Source: a virus
Direction: 5' to 3' (one strand)
Virus record (IMG/VR): IMGVR_UViG_3300042923_000275
Location: 4,059 to 68,058 of that record
DNA length: 64,000 bases
A program made the position numbers and the translations under genes. Positions within the stretch are counted from its first letter, which is position 1; each line of letters starts with the position of its first letter. Positions 8,407-19,700 of this stretch are shown one piece after another. The notes beneath the pieces are model-generated. The model searched no databases. It was not told the origin of the DNA and saw only the letters and a program-made list of their open reading frames with translations.

Positions 8407-10017
8407 TTGGATAGAGCCGATTTCGTATTAGTCCCAAACACACAAAATGTTGCGCCAATAGTGGACATATGGCAACCAGCGGTGAGACCACAGACTATAG
8501 CCTTATACTCGAATTCGTGGGTCCCCATCGAACATAGGCGCAGATTAGCCGCATATAAGTTATATCATGCTGTATATAACAACTCGCATAAGAACTTCAT
8601 GGAGAGACAAGGGATATTGGAGTTTGGTGATGCGGCGTTAGTAGTGGAGACATTGCGCGATGCGCTGATCGGTGTATCTGGAATAAACATAACAGCCGAT
8701 GACATAGAGACAAGTGAGTCCTCGCTCAAGAGAGTAAAGAGGTTGCGTAAATGGTGGAAGGCGGAATTACTCGATAGTAAGATATTTGAAAATGAGACCA
8801 ATTGCACGGTATTAGGTGATTCCGTTTACCGTCTCAGGATGTCCGTCAAGAAGGGTAAAAAGAAGACGGTTAAAGTCGATACATTTGATCCAGGATTCTT
8901 CTTCCCTGAGTTTGACGAAGATGGCGATTTAATAAAGGCACATCTGGCGTGGGAAGAAGAATATATACGGAACAACGGAGAAAATGGCAAGAGAGTCTAT
9001 AAGGAGACATATGTACTTATCGATGATAGATGTTTCGTCACAGCCGGATACTACGAGCCGATGCGTGAAGATAGTTCGCCGAATAGTGATTGGTTTGATC
9101 TTGATGATCTAACACTTATATCATATAAGGTTGACAACAATGGTGCTGAATATGATAACATGGACCTGCAGATCGATTTTATACCCATTATATATATTCC
9201 AAATATTAATGTACAGGGAGAACCATTCGGTAAATCCGATTTGGCTAGAGCACTCGATATCTTCTCAGAGATAGCTAACAGCAATACCGATATGGCATCT
9301 AATACATCTCTCCTAGGTTCACCACCGTTAGTCCTGAAGTCAGATGGGCAATATGGCGAAGTAGATGATAATGGACAGTCTAGTGTCACTACTGTTGGAC
9401 CCGGACAGGTCATAGAGGTAGGGCCAACTGGTGATGCGTTCCTATTGGAAGTCCACAATATGAACGCCGCAATCGATTCCTACTTGAAGGGACTAGACAA
9501 GAAATTATTTGAGGTCACTAGGGCGACGAAATTGGCGGCTGGTAAGATGGAAGGATCTATTATTCCGTCCGGCATATCGTTGAGATTGATGCAAAATCCG
9601 TTGGTACAGGCAACATTGCCGAAGCGTATAGGTAGGACACACAAATTCCTACTCATGTTGAAATTCGTACAGAAGTTATTCGCCAAGTTCGGTGAGCCTG
9701 ACGATATGGCATTATTCGCTGATGATGATTATTCTCACATCGATATCGAATTCAGCGATATATTCCCAACAGACAGGTCACAGGCTATTAATGACCTAGC
9801 CGTTGCATATACAGCTGGATTCTTATCTTTAGAGACAGCAGTACGCATGTGCAACAGGCTCGGTATTGATATCGATGATGTCAAGAAGGAAGTTGAGCGT
9901 ATCAAGAAGGAACGAGAGGAAATGAACACTTTCGTAAATACTGATGGTACACAACACAGTAACGCTCAAACTAACAAAGACGGAGATATGGTAAACGATG
10001 GTGAGGAACCTAACTAA
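8407..10017 (+). CDS. portal protein (SPP1-like)
   Basis: Follows TerL; 536 aa; PIIYIPN...FGKSDL, SGISL, LSLETA features. Confidence 0.85.
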   Translation: MDRADFVLVPNTQNVAPIVDIWQPAVRPQTIALYSNSWVPIEHRRRLAAYKLYHAVYNNSHKNFMERQGILEFGDAALVVETLRDALIGVSGINITADDIETSESSLKRVKRLRKWWKAELLDSKIFENETNCTVLGDSVYRLRMSVKKGKKKTVKVDTFDPGFFFPEFDEDGDLIKAHLAWEEEYIRNNGENGKRVYKETYVLIDDRCFVTAGYYEPMREDSSPNSDWFDLDDLTLISYKVDNNGAEYDNMDLQIDFIPIIYIPNINVQGEPFGKSDLARALDIFSEIANSNTDMASNTSLLGSPPLVLKSDGQYGEVDDNGQSSVTTVGPGQVIEVGPTGDAFLLEVHNMNAAIDSYLKGLDKKLFEVTRATKLAAGKMEGSIIPSGISLRLMQNPLVQATLPKRIGRTHKFLLMLKFVQKLFAKFGEPDDMALFADDDYSHIDIEFSDIFPTDRSQAINDLAVAYTAGFLSLETAVRMCNRLGIDIDDVKKEVERIKKEREEMNTFVNTDGTQHSNAQTNKDGDMVNDGEEPN

Positions 10018-10087
10018 GGTATGAGGGGCAGTTGCTCTACATATAAATAGCCTCGTGGGCGTAAAGCACGATTCGAAAGGGGTAGAC

Positions 10088-10804
10088 ATGAAACCGGAAA
10101 ATTTATTTGTCTCTGGCGATTCCCTAGATGAATTGGGGTTCACCTTCGGTCTCCAACGATTTAATGGAGAAGGCGGCGATGGAGGGGATGAAGGAGACGG
10201 TAGTGGCGGTGACGACGGAGAAGGCGGCGATGATGGTAAAGGCGATGGTGGGGACGACAAGACTACCGTCCCATATAATCGGTTCAAAAAGGTAAATGAT
10301 CGTAAGAAACTGCTGGAAACCGAAAACGGCACACTTAAGACCCAATTGACTGATGCACAGAATCAGGCGAAAGGGAAAGAAGAGGCTGATGCGTCGCTAC
10401 GGAAAGAGAAGGACGATGAAGTCAAATCGCATTCGACCACCAAGGAACAACTCAAACGTGCAAGACTTGAGAATGCATTCATTATCGAGTCCGCCAAAGC
10501 AGGTGTGAATTGGGCCGACCTCGACGACGCTATGCGTCTGGCTGATTTCTCAGAAGTGGAGATCGGCGATGAGGGTGTTGATCGTGACGACATGTCCGCT
10601 CTCGTTAAAGGGTTGGCGAAGAAGAAACCACATCTACTTAAATCAATAGATGGAGGTCCAAACTTTCCCAATGGTAAGCCACCTAAGAGGGGTGGCGAAA
10701 AGACTCCTGAACAGCTTGCTCAGGAACGAGCACTAGAACGTGCGAACCGTCGTAACGGCGTTTCTAGTTCTGCTGGCGGAGCAAACCCATGGGCTACAAA
10801 GTAA
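10088..10804 (+). CDS. capsid scaffolding protein
   Basis: LQRF then G/D-rich linker, VPYNRFKKVN, coiled coil, KPHL; precedes capsid genes. Confidence 0.8.
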   Translation: MKPENLFVSGDSLDELGFTFGLQRFNGEGGDGGDEGDGSGGDDGEGGDDGKGDGGDDKTTVPYNRFKKVNDRKKLLETENGTLKTQLTDAQNQAKGKEEADASLRKEKDDEVKSHSTTKEQLKRARLENAFIIESAKAGVNWADLDDAMRLADFSEVEIGDEGVDRDDMSALVKGLAKKKPHLLKSIDGGPNFPNGKPPKRGGEKTPEQLAQERALERANRRNGVSSSAGGANPWATK

Positions 10805-10820
10805 TAGGAGGTAAACAACA

Positions 10821-11198
10821 ATGAGAATTGCTCTTAAGTCTAGTTCTGTCGAGGCAAAAACACCTAATATTCTCGATTCCGATCAAGTCCGGTTCGTATC
10901 TAATGGTGTAACTATCGACGCCGCTACCGTTACTGCGGTCGACGGAGTAAAGGTATTACCGATGGGAACAGTCCTTGGTAAAATCACCCTAAGTGGGAAA
11001 TATGGCCCATACGATTCTGCGGCAGTAGATGGTCGTGCAGTTCCGGTTTGCATGCTATATCCGGATCAAGCTGATGTTACAGATGGTGATGGCGCTTTCG
11101 GTGCTATCGACCATGCACGTGTCATCAAATCAAGATTACCAGTTGCGCCTGACGCCACGGTGATTGAGAAATTGAATCATATTTCGTTCGTTGACTAA
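10821..11198 (+). CDS. head decoration protein
   Basis: GTVLGKITLSGKY.PYD.AA.DG motif; between scaffold and major capsid. Confidence 0.8.
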   Translation: MRIALKSSSVEAKTPNILDSDQVRFVSNGVTIDAATVTAVDGVKVLPMGTVLGKITLSGKYGPYDSAAVDGRAVPVCMLYPDQADVTDGDGAFGAIDHARVIKSRLPVAPDATVIEKLNHISFVD

Positions 11199-11223
11199 TC
11201 TTACTAAATAGGAGGAACTAAAC

Positions 11224-12261
11224 ATGAAGACAATTCTTGAGGTATTCAACGACCAGGAATTGCTGGCATATGCCCGTGCATTTCCAGTACCGCAAAATTT
11301 CATCGGCCCAACTCTGTTCCCGGCTAAACCTACTAACAGTCTTGATTTCAAATATGTAAAGGGTTCTCAACAGCAGCCTGTAATGGCTAACGTACAGACC
11401 TTTGGTGCTGAAGCCAGCATTGCTGACCGTGAATTTGGATACAGCTACATTGAGGGATCCATTCCGCCCATCAAGCGGAAAATCGTCATCAATGAGAAGG
11501 AAATCATTCAATATAACATGCCGCGCCTCGATACCGATGATCAGGAACAGGCAGTCGACAACATCTACAATGACGTCGATAACATGATCACCGCCGTTCA
11601 GAACCGTATCGAATGGATGCGCATGAAAGCACTCGTCGATGGCAAGATCGTCCTCGATGAATTAGGTGTCAAGCTTGAAGTCGATTACGGCTACGTCGCA
11701 GAACAGAAAGAGACGCTGGTAGCTGGCGCAATGTGGTCCGACCACGCCAACTCCAATCCGATCGATGATATTCGCCGCTGGTGCGATGAAACTGAAGTAC
11801 GTACCGGGACTCGTCCTACACGTGCTCTGACCACTAACTCAGTAATGGGCCACATCTTGCTGAATGCCAAACTCCGCCTGATGGTTCACGGCGATCAAGG
11901 TTCCATCAAACCCATCACTTGGACAGACGTCCAGGCTATCTTCTCCGCATTCAATATCCCATTCCCTGCTACGTACGAAGCAACCGTGCGTTCCCAGGCG
12001 AGAAATGGTAATATCACGTCCGAACGTCTACTGCCAGTAGACAAATTCCTGCTGTTGCCTCCGCAAGCACTCGGTAACACATTATTCGGCCCAACTGCGG
12101 AAGCACTTAACAACCATAATATTGACCGCCGTCTGGCTCCTGGTATTATCGCTCAGGTCTACAAGACCGATGAGCCACCTGCTCACTGGACAAAAGCCGC
12201 CGCCGTGTCCTTGCCGACATTCCCTAACGCCGATGCGGTATTCATTGCCGACGTAATCTAA
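11224..12261 (+). CDS. major capsid protein (lambda gpE-like family)
   Basis: 345 aa; LFP, R.EWMR.KAL..G, VDYG, W.....PI.DI; strong SD. Confidence 0.88.
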   Translation: MKTILEVFNDQELLAYARAFPVPQNFIGPTLFPAKPTNSLDFKYVKGSQQQPVMANVQTFGAEASIADREFGYSYIEGSIPPIKRKIVINEKEIIQYNMPRLDTDDQEQAVDNIYNDVDNMITAVQNRIEWMRMKALVDGKIVLDELGVKLEVDYGYVAEQKETLVAGAMWSDHANSNPIDDIRRWCDETEVRTGTRPTRALTTNSVMGHILLNAKLRLMVHGDQGSIKPITWTDVQAIFSAFNIPFPATYEATVRSQARNGNITSERLLPVDKFLLLPPQALGNTLFGPTAEALNNHNIDRRLAPGIIAQVYKTDEPPAHWTKAAAVSLPTFPNADAVFIADVI

Positions 12262-12323
12262 TAAGTGAACCTGATGGGTGGTCCGAATGGGCCACCCTTG
12301 GGTATTGAGAAAGGAGAATACCA

Positions 12324-12569
12324 ATGTTTGTTGTACTAACGAAGAAGGTAAATCTCGGTGGTGGAAAGTTCCTACTACCCGATGGTGGTAAAGCGCATCA
12401 AGTTACCGATACTCTGGGTAATGAACTGATCAAGCGCGGTGCGGCTACTAAGGTACAGCCGAAGACCGAATATGTCGCCGCCTCCACACCGCCAGTCGTA
12501 GACCCCGACAAGAAGTCAGGTGACGACGGTAACGATGGTGACGACGACGGGGACGATGACGAGGAGTAG
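12324..12569 (+). CDS. small virion protein with acidic tail
   Basis: ORF after major capsid; AAGGAG SD. Confidence 0.65.
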   Translation: MFVVLTKKVNLGGGKFLLPDGGKAHQVTDTLGNELIKRGAATKVQPKTEYVAASTPPVVDPDKKSGDDGNDGDDDGDDDEE

Positions 12570-12580
12570 TTCGATAGGCG

Positions 12581-12967
12581 GTGACCCAAATGGCACATAT
12601 CACACCAGAAGAAATGAAATTGCTATCCGGAAGTGATGCCATTAAGGCCATGGAACCGGAGAACATTCAAGTCTATATTGACGGTGCTACATCGATACTG
12701 GACAGCTACGTATTTGACCAATCGAAGAGCGGATTCTCAAATGCCATAAAGTTGGCGTCGGTATTGCTGGTAGACCATATCGCCTTCTCGAACATCGGTG
12801 GTGGTGCATTCAATGAAGAGAGAATGCGCGACATATGGTATGTAAGGGGAGACAAAGGGTTATCCAAGAAGATAAGTGAGGTCGAGATCATACTGAGCGC
12901 ATTTATTGTGTCTGGTGGTAGTGTTGGCAATAGGCGCATTCGTATGCATAGGATGGTTAGGAAGTGA
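12581..12967 (+). CDS. head-tail adaptor (putative)
   Basis: Size and synteny. Confidence 0.6.
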   Translation: MTQMAHITPEEMKLLSGSDAIKAMEPENIQVYIDGATSILDSYVFDQSKSGFSNAIKLASVLLVDHIAFSNIGGGAFNEERMRDIWYVRGDKGLSKKISEVEIILSAFIVSGGSVGNRRIRMHRMVRK

Positions 12968-12975
12968 TATAATCC

Positions 12976-13857
12976 ATGAATGATGAACAGCGTGTGAGGG
13001 TAGTTATCAAGACTGAGGAAGAATTGATTGCCATCTACAAGGATGCCTACATCAAACTTCTTGAAAAACTCGATTATAATACCCTACGTAACATGGATAA
13101 TCGCCACCTACAGGCGTTACTATCCGATGTCCGCAGCATACTGAAATCACTATCATCAGATACACGTAAATGGGTCGATGGTAATGTCCCGGACCTATAT
13201 AATGTCGGCGTGGATGTATCCAAGGAACGTATGTCTGAGATTGGTATCGGAGGCTCCTTCGCGAAGATTAATCGCTCTGCTATAGAAATATTGTCGGAAG
13301 ATATGTTCAATGAATTAGCCTCTGGCATGAGTAATGTCAGTAGGCAGATTCAGACGGACATACGAAAGATCGCGTTCCAATCGTTGCAGAAGAGACTAAT
13401 GTTCGGTCAATCAGCCTCCATCACGTCTCAAGAGATGTTTGAGGATATGAAGAAGAACGGTTTAACTGCACTGAAGGATAGGGCCGGGAAGCGCTGGAAC
13501 CTATTGACATATTCTACTATGGTTGTCAGGACCAAGACGAGAGAGATAGTCACACGCGGTACTATCAATACCATGTTGGCGGCAGGAGATAAATATAAGG
13601 ATCAGTTGCTATTCGACCTAGTTCAGGTATCGTCTCATGTCGGTTCGTGTGAGATATGTCTACCGTATCAAGGTAAAGTGTACTCACTCACTGGAAATCA
13701 TAATGGATATAATAAAATACCTAGAATAACCCCGTTCCATCCGAATTGTAGGCACGTCCTTACTCCATTCTTCGAAAAACTATATGATGGTAACATCGAG
13801 GAATTGAGGAGTATTAGCAAATCGGAGGTGAACATAAATGTCTCATCACCTGTTTAG
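12976..13857 (+). CDS. minor capsid / MuF-like head morphogenesis protein
   Basis: DRAGKRW...Y..MVVRT, SSH..SCEIC.PYQG, PFHPNCRH. Confidence 0.85.
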   Translation: MNDEQRVRVVIKTEEELIAIYKDAYIKLLEKLDYNTLRNMDNRHLQALLSDVRSILKSLSSDTRKWVDGNVPDLYNVGVDVSKERMSEIGIGGSFAKINRSAIEILSEDMFNELASGMSNVSRQIQTDIRKIAFQSLQKRLMFGQSASITSQEMFEDMKKNGLTALKDRAGKRWNLLTYSTMVVRTKTREIVTRGTINTMLAAGDKYKDQLLFDLVQVSSHVGSCEICLPYQGKVYSLTGNHNGYNKIPRITPFHPNCRHVLTPFFEKLYDGNIEELRSISKSEVNINVSSPV

Positions 13858-14119
13858 AGATGTTGTGTCGTTCGAAGCAAAGAGTGACAACCAATTCTAC
13901 GCCAGCGGCTATGCGGCGGCTATATCGGTCAATTGCCACAAGACGGGCAGACAGACACTGGTTAGGAATAACAAGAATGAAGAAGTAGTGTCGAGAGATA
14001 TGTACATGTTCCCGTCGAACATAAATGTACGTCCAGAGGACAAGGTCGATGGGAACAAGGTCATATCGACGTCCCCGTGTCGAGGTATTTCACGGTCCTA
14101 TATTGAGGTGTTCATATAA
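13838..14119 (+). CDS. head closure / head-tail joining protein (putative)
   Basis: Synteny; LVRN..NEEVVS motif. Confidence 0.6.
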   Translation: MSHHLFRDVVSFEAKSDNQFYASGYAAAISVNCHKTGRQTLVRNNKNEEVVSRDMYMFPSNINVRPEDKVDGNKVISTSPCRGISRSYIEVFI

Positions 14120-14589
14120 TGGCTAGATATAGCAGTTCCAAGAGTGACGGTGTATTGTCTATAAGTTGCGACATATCGGAGGCACTGGGTTTCTTAGAAG
14201 AAGCCGAGAGGACGGTCATGGTCGCGGCAGAGAAGGGAATGGCTGTCGCTACTCTCGACTTGTTGGGAGAAGGAATGAGGAACGCACCAATATTAACTGG
14301 TGACTTGCGCGGTTCCGGTAGTGCGCGTGTAAATGGCAGACCTGCCGGACATACCGAAAATAATAATGGTAGTAATGAGGTCGTAAATGATAGCTTCAAG
14401 CCTACCGGATTATCAACTATCCTACATGGTGAGGTCGGGTTCGATCTAGAATATGCCATGAATCAACACGAATCGATGCATTACAAACATCCTCGTGGAG
14501 GTAAGGCGAAGTTCCTAGAGGACCCACTGAAGCAGAAATCCGATCAATATGTCGGTATCATCGGAGATGCTGTCAAAGGAGTGTTGTAG
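14119..14589 (+). CDS. HK97 gp10-like tail completion protein
   Basis: API.TGDLR.S, YA..QHE, GGKAKFLE.P. Confidence 0.75.
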   Translation: MARYSSSKSDGVLSISCDISEALGFLEEAERTVMVAAEKGMAVATLDLLGEGMRNAPILTGDLRGSGSARVNGRPAGHTENNNGSNEVVNDSFKPTGLSTILHGEVGFDLEYAMNQHESMHYKHPRGGKAKFLEDPLKQKSDQYVGIIGDAVKGVL

Positions 14590-14961
14590 ATGGACTTAAT
14601 TGAAACTATAGCAACATACTTGTCGGCACATGGTATCTCCGAACCAATACATGGACTGACATTACCAACCGGACCTGACACGGTAGTTGCGATCTGCGAC
14701 ACTGGTGGGTATAAGCCGGAGATTCAGTCGACCACCAGATATCCGACATTCGAGGTATTATGCAGGTCCATAGATTATGTTACTGCAAAGACCATATCGA
14801 TGTCGATATTCGATTTATTGCATGATCAACAATTCCTAAAGTTAAGTGAGGATATTGTAGTCATAGCATCAGAGGCGATGTCGGACCCAACCCCGATGGG
14901 CCAAGATGAAAATGATAGATGGATAGTTGCTTGCAATTACAGATTTACTATTAGGAGGTAG
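14590..14961 (+). CDS. tail terminator / minor capsid-like protein
   Basis: DTGG, P.F.VL.R, GQDENDR...NY motif. Confidence 0.7.
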   Translation: MDLIETIATYLSAHGISEPIHGLTLPTGPDTVVAICDTGGYKPEIQSTTRYPTFEVLCRSIDYVTAKTISMSIFDLLHDQQFLKLSEDIVVIASEAMSDPTPMGQDENDRWIVACNYRFTIRR

Positions 14962-14966
14962 AAACG

Positions 14967-15818
14967 ATGAGTACTATAAACGTTGAACTTGGAACATGCC
15001 GCTCCCAATGGGGCGTAATGGCACCATTTCAAACCAAGGGCGGCGTAGAGGTATCATACGCACCGGAATATCATGAGGTATTTTTGGACATGTATGGTAA
15101 ATCTCCCGTTGAGCAGGTATTGATTGGCGAGGTCATGAAGGCAAAGGTGCCAATCGCCGAAACTACCTATAACAACCTGAAGGCCGCGATTCCAGCCGCC
15201 ACAGAAGTCGCTGGTGTCGATGGCAAAAAGAAATTGACGATCGGTCGCTTACCGGGATGGAAGTTGAGTCAAGTAGCCGCACCACTCGTATTGCATCCGC
15301 TCACATATGACGATGCAGTAAAGAATTATGATATTACCCTCCACAAGGCCGTCCCCACTGGAGAGATCAAATTCCTATTTGAATTCGACAAGGAACGTAT
15401 TTATGAGGTGACTTTCGTCGGTCTCGTCGACACTGACCGTACTGCTGGTGATTTTATCGGTGTAATTGGTGATTCCAGTATTGCGGCAGACATTGTCGCC
15501 CCGGTGGTATCTACTATTGTTCCAGCTGATAGTGCCGTTAGCGTCGCACTCGCCGCTCCTGTGGTATTAACATTCTCGAAGGATATTAACTCCGACACTA
15601 TCAACACCGCTAATATCCTGGTAGTCAATGATGCGACTGGGGATCATGTTGCTGGCTCGATCTCATATGATATCGCCACCAAGTCGGCAACATTCATTCC
15701 GTCTGTAATGTTTGCCGCCAGCACCAAGTTCGTTGTTATCGTAACGACGAACGTACGTGGAGCAAATGGAATTGCATTGACTGTTCCTTATGTGAGCACG
15801 TTCACGACTACAGCCTAA
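14967..15818 (+). CDS. major tail tube protein with C-terminal Ig-like domain
   Basis: TKGGVE tube motif; C-terminal APVV...P.D.A..V.....V.LTFS.DI Ig-like pattern. Confidence 0.8.
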   Translation: MSTINVELGTCRSQWGVMAPFQTKGGVEVSYAPEYHEVFLDMYGKSPVEQVLIGEVMKAKVPIAETTYNNLKAAIPAATEVAGVDGKKKLTIGRLPGWKLSQVAAPLVLHPLTYDDAVKNYDITLHKAVPTGEIKFLFEFDKERIYEVTFVGLVDTDRTAGDFIGVIGDSSIAADIVAPVVSTIVPADSAVSVALAAPVVLTFSKDINSDTINTANILVVNDATGDHVAGSISYDIATKSATFIPSVMFAASTKFVVIVTTNVRGANGIALTVPYVSTFTTTA

Positions 15819-15830
15819 TCGATATCGTAG

Positions 15831-15856
15831 TAGGGGCCGTTGAGATACGGCCCCTA
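15831..15856 (+). terminator. hairpin after the major tail gene
   Basis: TAGGGGCCGT-TGAGAT-ACGGCCCCTA followed by an AT-rich tract. Confidence 0.5.
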
Positions 15857-15885
15857 TTAATATTAATGAAAAGGGGTATGAGGAA

Positions 15886-16329
15886 ATGGAAACAAATACA
15901 AACGTTGCCCTTAGCGTACCAGTAAAGAGAGTATTCACAATCGGCTCCAAGACCTATGCTATTAGAAAGATGCATGTTGGTCGATATGCCGAACTACTTG
16001 GAAATATGGATAGTCTACCAGTTAAATTGAAGGAAATGTTCCCAGATGCGAATGTGGCGGACATGAGAGAGAATCTGGACAATCTGGATATCGAATCAGC
16101 ACTGAAACATTTGCCCAAATTTATGCAATTCGCCGCCATGGAGATATCAAAGATCATGTCCATCGCCACAGGCATTCCTGAGGAAGTAATACTTGGTAAT
16201 GATGATACTCCGGAAGATGAGATCTTCGGTCTCGACGAATTCCTGAGGCTGATTAATACCGTTGCCGCGATCAACAATTTCTCTGAGGTGGCAGAACAAT
16301 TAAAAAAACTCATGACACTCAGGGAGTAG
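15886..16329 (+). CDS. tail assembly chaperone (gpG-like)
   Basis: Between tail tube and tape measure; A AAA AAA slippery site at 16302-16308. Confidence 0.75.
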   Translation: METNTNVALSVPVKRVFTIGSKTYAIRKMHVGRYAELLGNMDSLPVKLKEMFPDANVADMRENLDNLDIESALKHLPKFMQFAAMEISKIMSIATGIPEEVILGNDDTPEDEIFGLDEFLRLINTVAAINNFSEVAEQLKKLMTLRE

Positions 16330-16343
16330 AAGAAGGTTCCACC

Positions 16344-16703
16344 ATGGACCCTGAGGACGTGCGGTTCTACCATGAGAATTGGTTACAAGAACTGATAGCA
16401 TGGGGATTATCACATGGCATATCGAAGTCGGAACTATTAGACACGTACTACCCGGATGAGATATTGTTGATACGGAAATTCGCCGAAATGCATAGGGCCA
16501 GAGATATGATGGTATTACTGAACATAGTACACAACCCACACTCTGAAGACCCACAAGCATTGCGCGATAGACTTGGTAGTATGTGTGGTCCAGGTATTTG
16601 TAGCAGTAACCAATATTGGAAGAAGACCAAACTCAATGAAACACAGTTCGAACAATTGCGTAATGCTATGTCAGAGGCGAGGTCGCATAAGAGGGGTGGG
16701 TGA
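16344..16703 (+). CDS. tail assembly chaperone frameshift extension (gpT-like)
   Basis: In the -1 frame relative to 15886, and open from the slippery site onward. Confidence 0.7.
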   Translation: MDPEDVRFYHENWLQELIAWGLSHGISKSELLDTYYPDEILLIRKFAEMHRARDMMVLLNIVHNPHSEDPQALRDRLGSMCGPGICSSNQYWKKTKLNETQFEQLRNAMSEARSHKRGG

Positions 16704-19700
16704 GGTACATGGCGTTCAAGGCTGGCTCAGTAGTAGTAGATATAGTAGGTAAGGCCGATGCCCTCCGTCGAACCTTCAGGGAAGCCAAGGATTCCGTTAA
16801 GGATTTTGGTAACCAAGTAAAGGAGACGGATAGTCAAGTAAAGAAGATCGGACAGAACATAGTGTCCTCTATGTCGGAGCCGAAATCAATGTTCGGCTGG
16901 CTCAATAAGGTCGGTAAGACATTAAAGGACATAGACTATGTTGCTGGTCGTGGATTCATCAACACTGGTAAATCGGCTAAACAGATGGTATCAGAAGTAG
17001 AGAAGGCATCGGCTAATTTAATTCAGGCGCAAGGTAGGTTGTCATTAGCGTCTGAAAACTATGCTGTCGCGGCCTTGAATGCCATGAGTGCTGACCTAAA
17101 AGGAGCGAAGGGGAAAGAGACATCCGCAAGGAAGTCTCAGGAGGCCGCACGTGCCAAGGTAGAGGAAGCACGGTCTGCCTTGGCGTCCGCTAGGGCAATC
17201 GATACAAACACTCAATCGACGGATCGAAATTCGCGGTCAAAGGAAAAGCAGACCGGGGCGTCGCGCAAGGCTCAGATGGCTGACTTAGACCTGATATTCG
17301 CCGCTATGTATGCGCAGGTTGCACTAGCAGGAATGATCAGTAGGTTAGAAAATATATATACCGTTGGCAGTAGAACTCGTATGGCATTAATGGGATTAGA
17401 ATCGACAGTACGCGGATTAGGCGTGAGTGTTGACGCTACAAAGGATACATTCAAATATTTCCAACAAGACGGATTGATGTCAGACCAGGAAATATCTAGT
17501 TCTATGAAGAATCTATTACACATGGGCTATACTATAGAGGACACGAAGACCATAATGGATGCATTTAAGGATTCTGCGGCATTTGGTCGACAAGCGTCAT
17601 TAGGATTCGGTGAAGCCATCGTACGCACTACTGAGGGTATGAGATTGGGATTATCTACTTTATCTGATGGTGCTGGTATGGCAAAGAACTTAGGTCAGAT
17701 ATTGGCCGAGAATGGATATGCGGCGGAAGATTTATCTCGTGCCACTACTGATGCTGGAGTAAGACAGGCACTATTAAATGGCATTATGAAAGAAACATCT
17801 ACATCTGCTGGTGATGCGGCCAAAATGGCTAAGGACCTAACTGGTACGATGTCCAGGTTGGGAGCAGAGAGCAACAAGTTATCAACATCAATATTAGTTG
17901 CATTATCTGGGGTGTTGAATAGTATAGCCCAGACGCTAATTCCGGTAATAACCGCGATCAAAGATTGGATAGATGCGCATCCTAGATTGTCTGCGGCTAT
18001 AATCATAACGATTGGCATAATGCTTGCATTAGTATCAGCATGTCTGATATGGCAATTCATATTTCCTATGTTGATGAAAGGATTTAAGGAATTAATTGGC
18101 ATATTGACATTTATGACAAGTCCGATGGGGTTAATAATCGCGGCAGTAATAGTACTCGCAACTGTCATAGCGGCAAATTGGGACATAATATTGTCCGCAT
18201 GTAAGGAATTATATCAAGGATGGACATCCTATTTCGGATTAATGTGGAATTACATAAAGAGTTTCGCATCGTCCGTCGGTGACATATTTAGTTCATTAGG
18301 TAAGATTATAATGGGAGCTATGACATTCGATAAATCAAAAGTGGAGGACGGAATATCTGGACTAAAACAAGGATTAGTAGATGCCGCTACTACATTTGTT
18401 GATAGTTCACGTGCAACTACTGATGTAATATCAGGTACGGCTAATGTATTATTCAAAAAGCTCGATCCTGTGAAACTGTTTAGTAATACCTGGGATAAGG
18501 TTCAAGGTATATTCGACCCGGTGAATGTAGACCTGAGTGATAAGAAAGCAAATCCTAGAGGATCTGGTGTTGGTGGAGAAAAGAATAAGAAGGCCACTGG
18601 TCCATCTCCATATCAGATAGCCATGAGACAGTATGATCATCAAGTTACCATGGATGAACTATCTGAGTATGACCAAAAATTAAAGGCATTAGCACTCATC
18701 GGTAAAACAGTACAAATGACAGCCGAAGAGCAAATGGATTGGGAAGAGAAGGTATATAACCTTGTTAAGGCAAATAACGAGGATCTAAAGAGATATGCAA
18801 CTGAGTATATGAATTATCAGGTTGCCACAGGCCAGAAGACTGTAGAACAACAGTCGGATTTTATTGAGGAACAACTAAAAAACGAAAAAGACAAGTATGC
18901 CAAAATTCAATTAATGCAACAGGCTTATGATCTGAGACAAAAACTTAAGCAATATGATAACGATTATTTTGATTATCAAGTCAAGATAGGTAAGAAGACA
19001 TTACAAGATAAACTCGACCGTATTAATCAAGAAATATTAGCGGAGACGGATAAGTTTAAGAAGTTGGCGCTACTTAATAATAAATTTGATACGGAAACCA
19101 AACTATACAATGATCAAGCATATGCGTCTGTGTCCAAACTCATGAACGAGGTATACGACGGCACTAACCGATCTATTGATAGTGTGGTTAATGACATCAA
19201 GAAGATCGAGAAGTATTACAGATCACTCGGTGCCGCTGGTAAAGAGGCCGCAGATATGGCATCAGATGCTATCAAGGAACTACAGGACAATACTGACGAT
19301 TGGGTCGATGGTGTACTCGATGGGCTAGCCAAGGTGACATTGGGATATGAGAAATTCGGAAATTTCATAGACAATCTATTTGCCGAGATAGCGGTCTCAT
19401 GGGTTAAATATCAGCTCAAACAGATCCTCGGTAATGTACTTGGTGGGCTATTTAATAGCATGCCATGGATGTCGGGCAAGGCGCACACTGGTGGGTATAT
19501 CTCACGTAGTTCCGGTATAGTACAGAAGTATCATACTGGCGGTATTATCGGAGGACTTGAATCTGATGAGAGGGTATTAATAGGCCAGACAGGTGAGAGG
19601 GTATTGAGTCGCAAGGAAACTGCGGCATATGAGGCTGGTAAGAGGGTCGCAGGGAATGGTGGCTCCGGTGGCGGTGTTACTAATATATATAACGTTCAGG

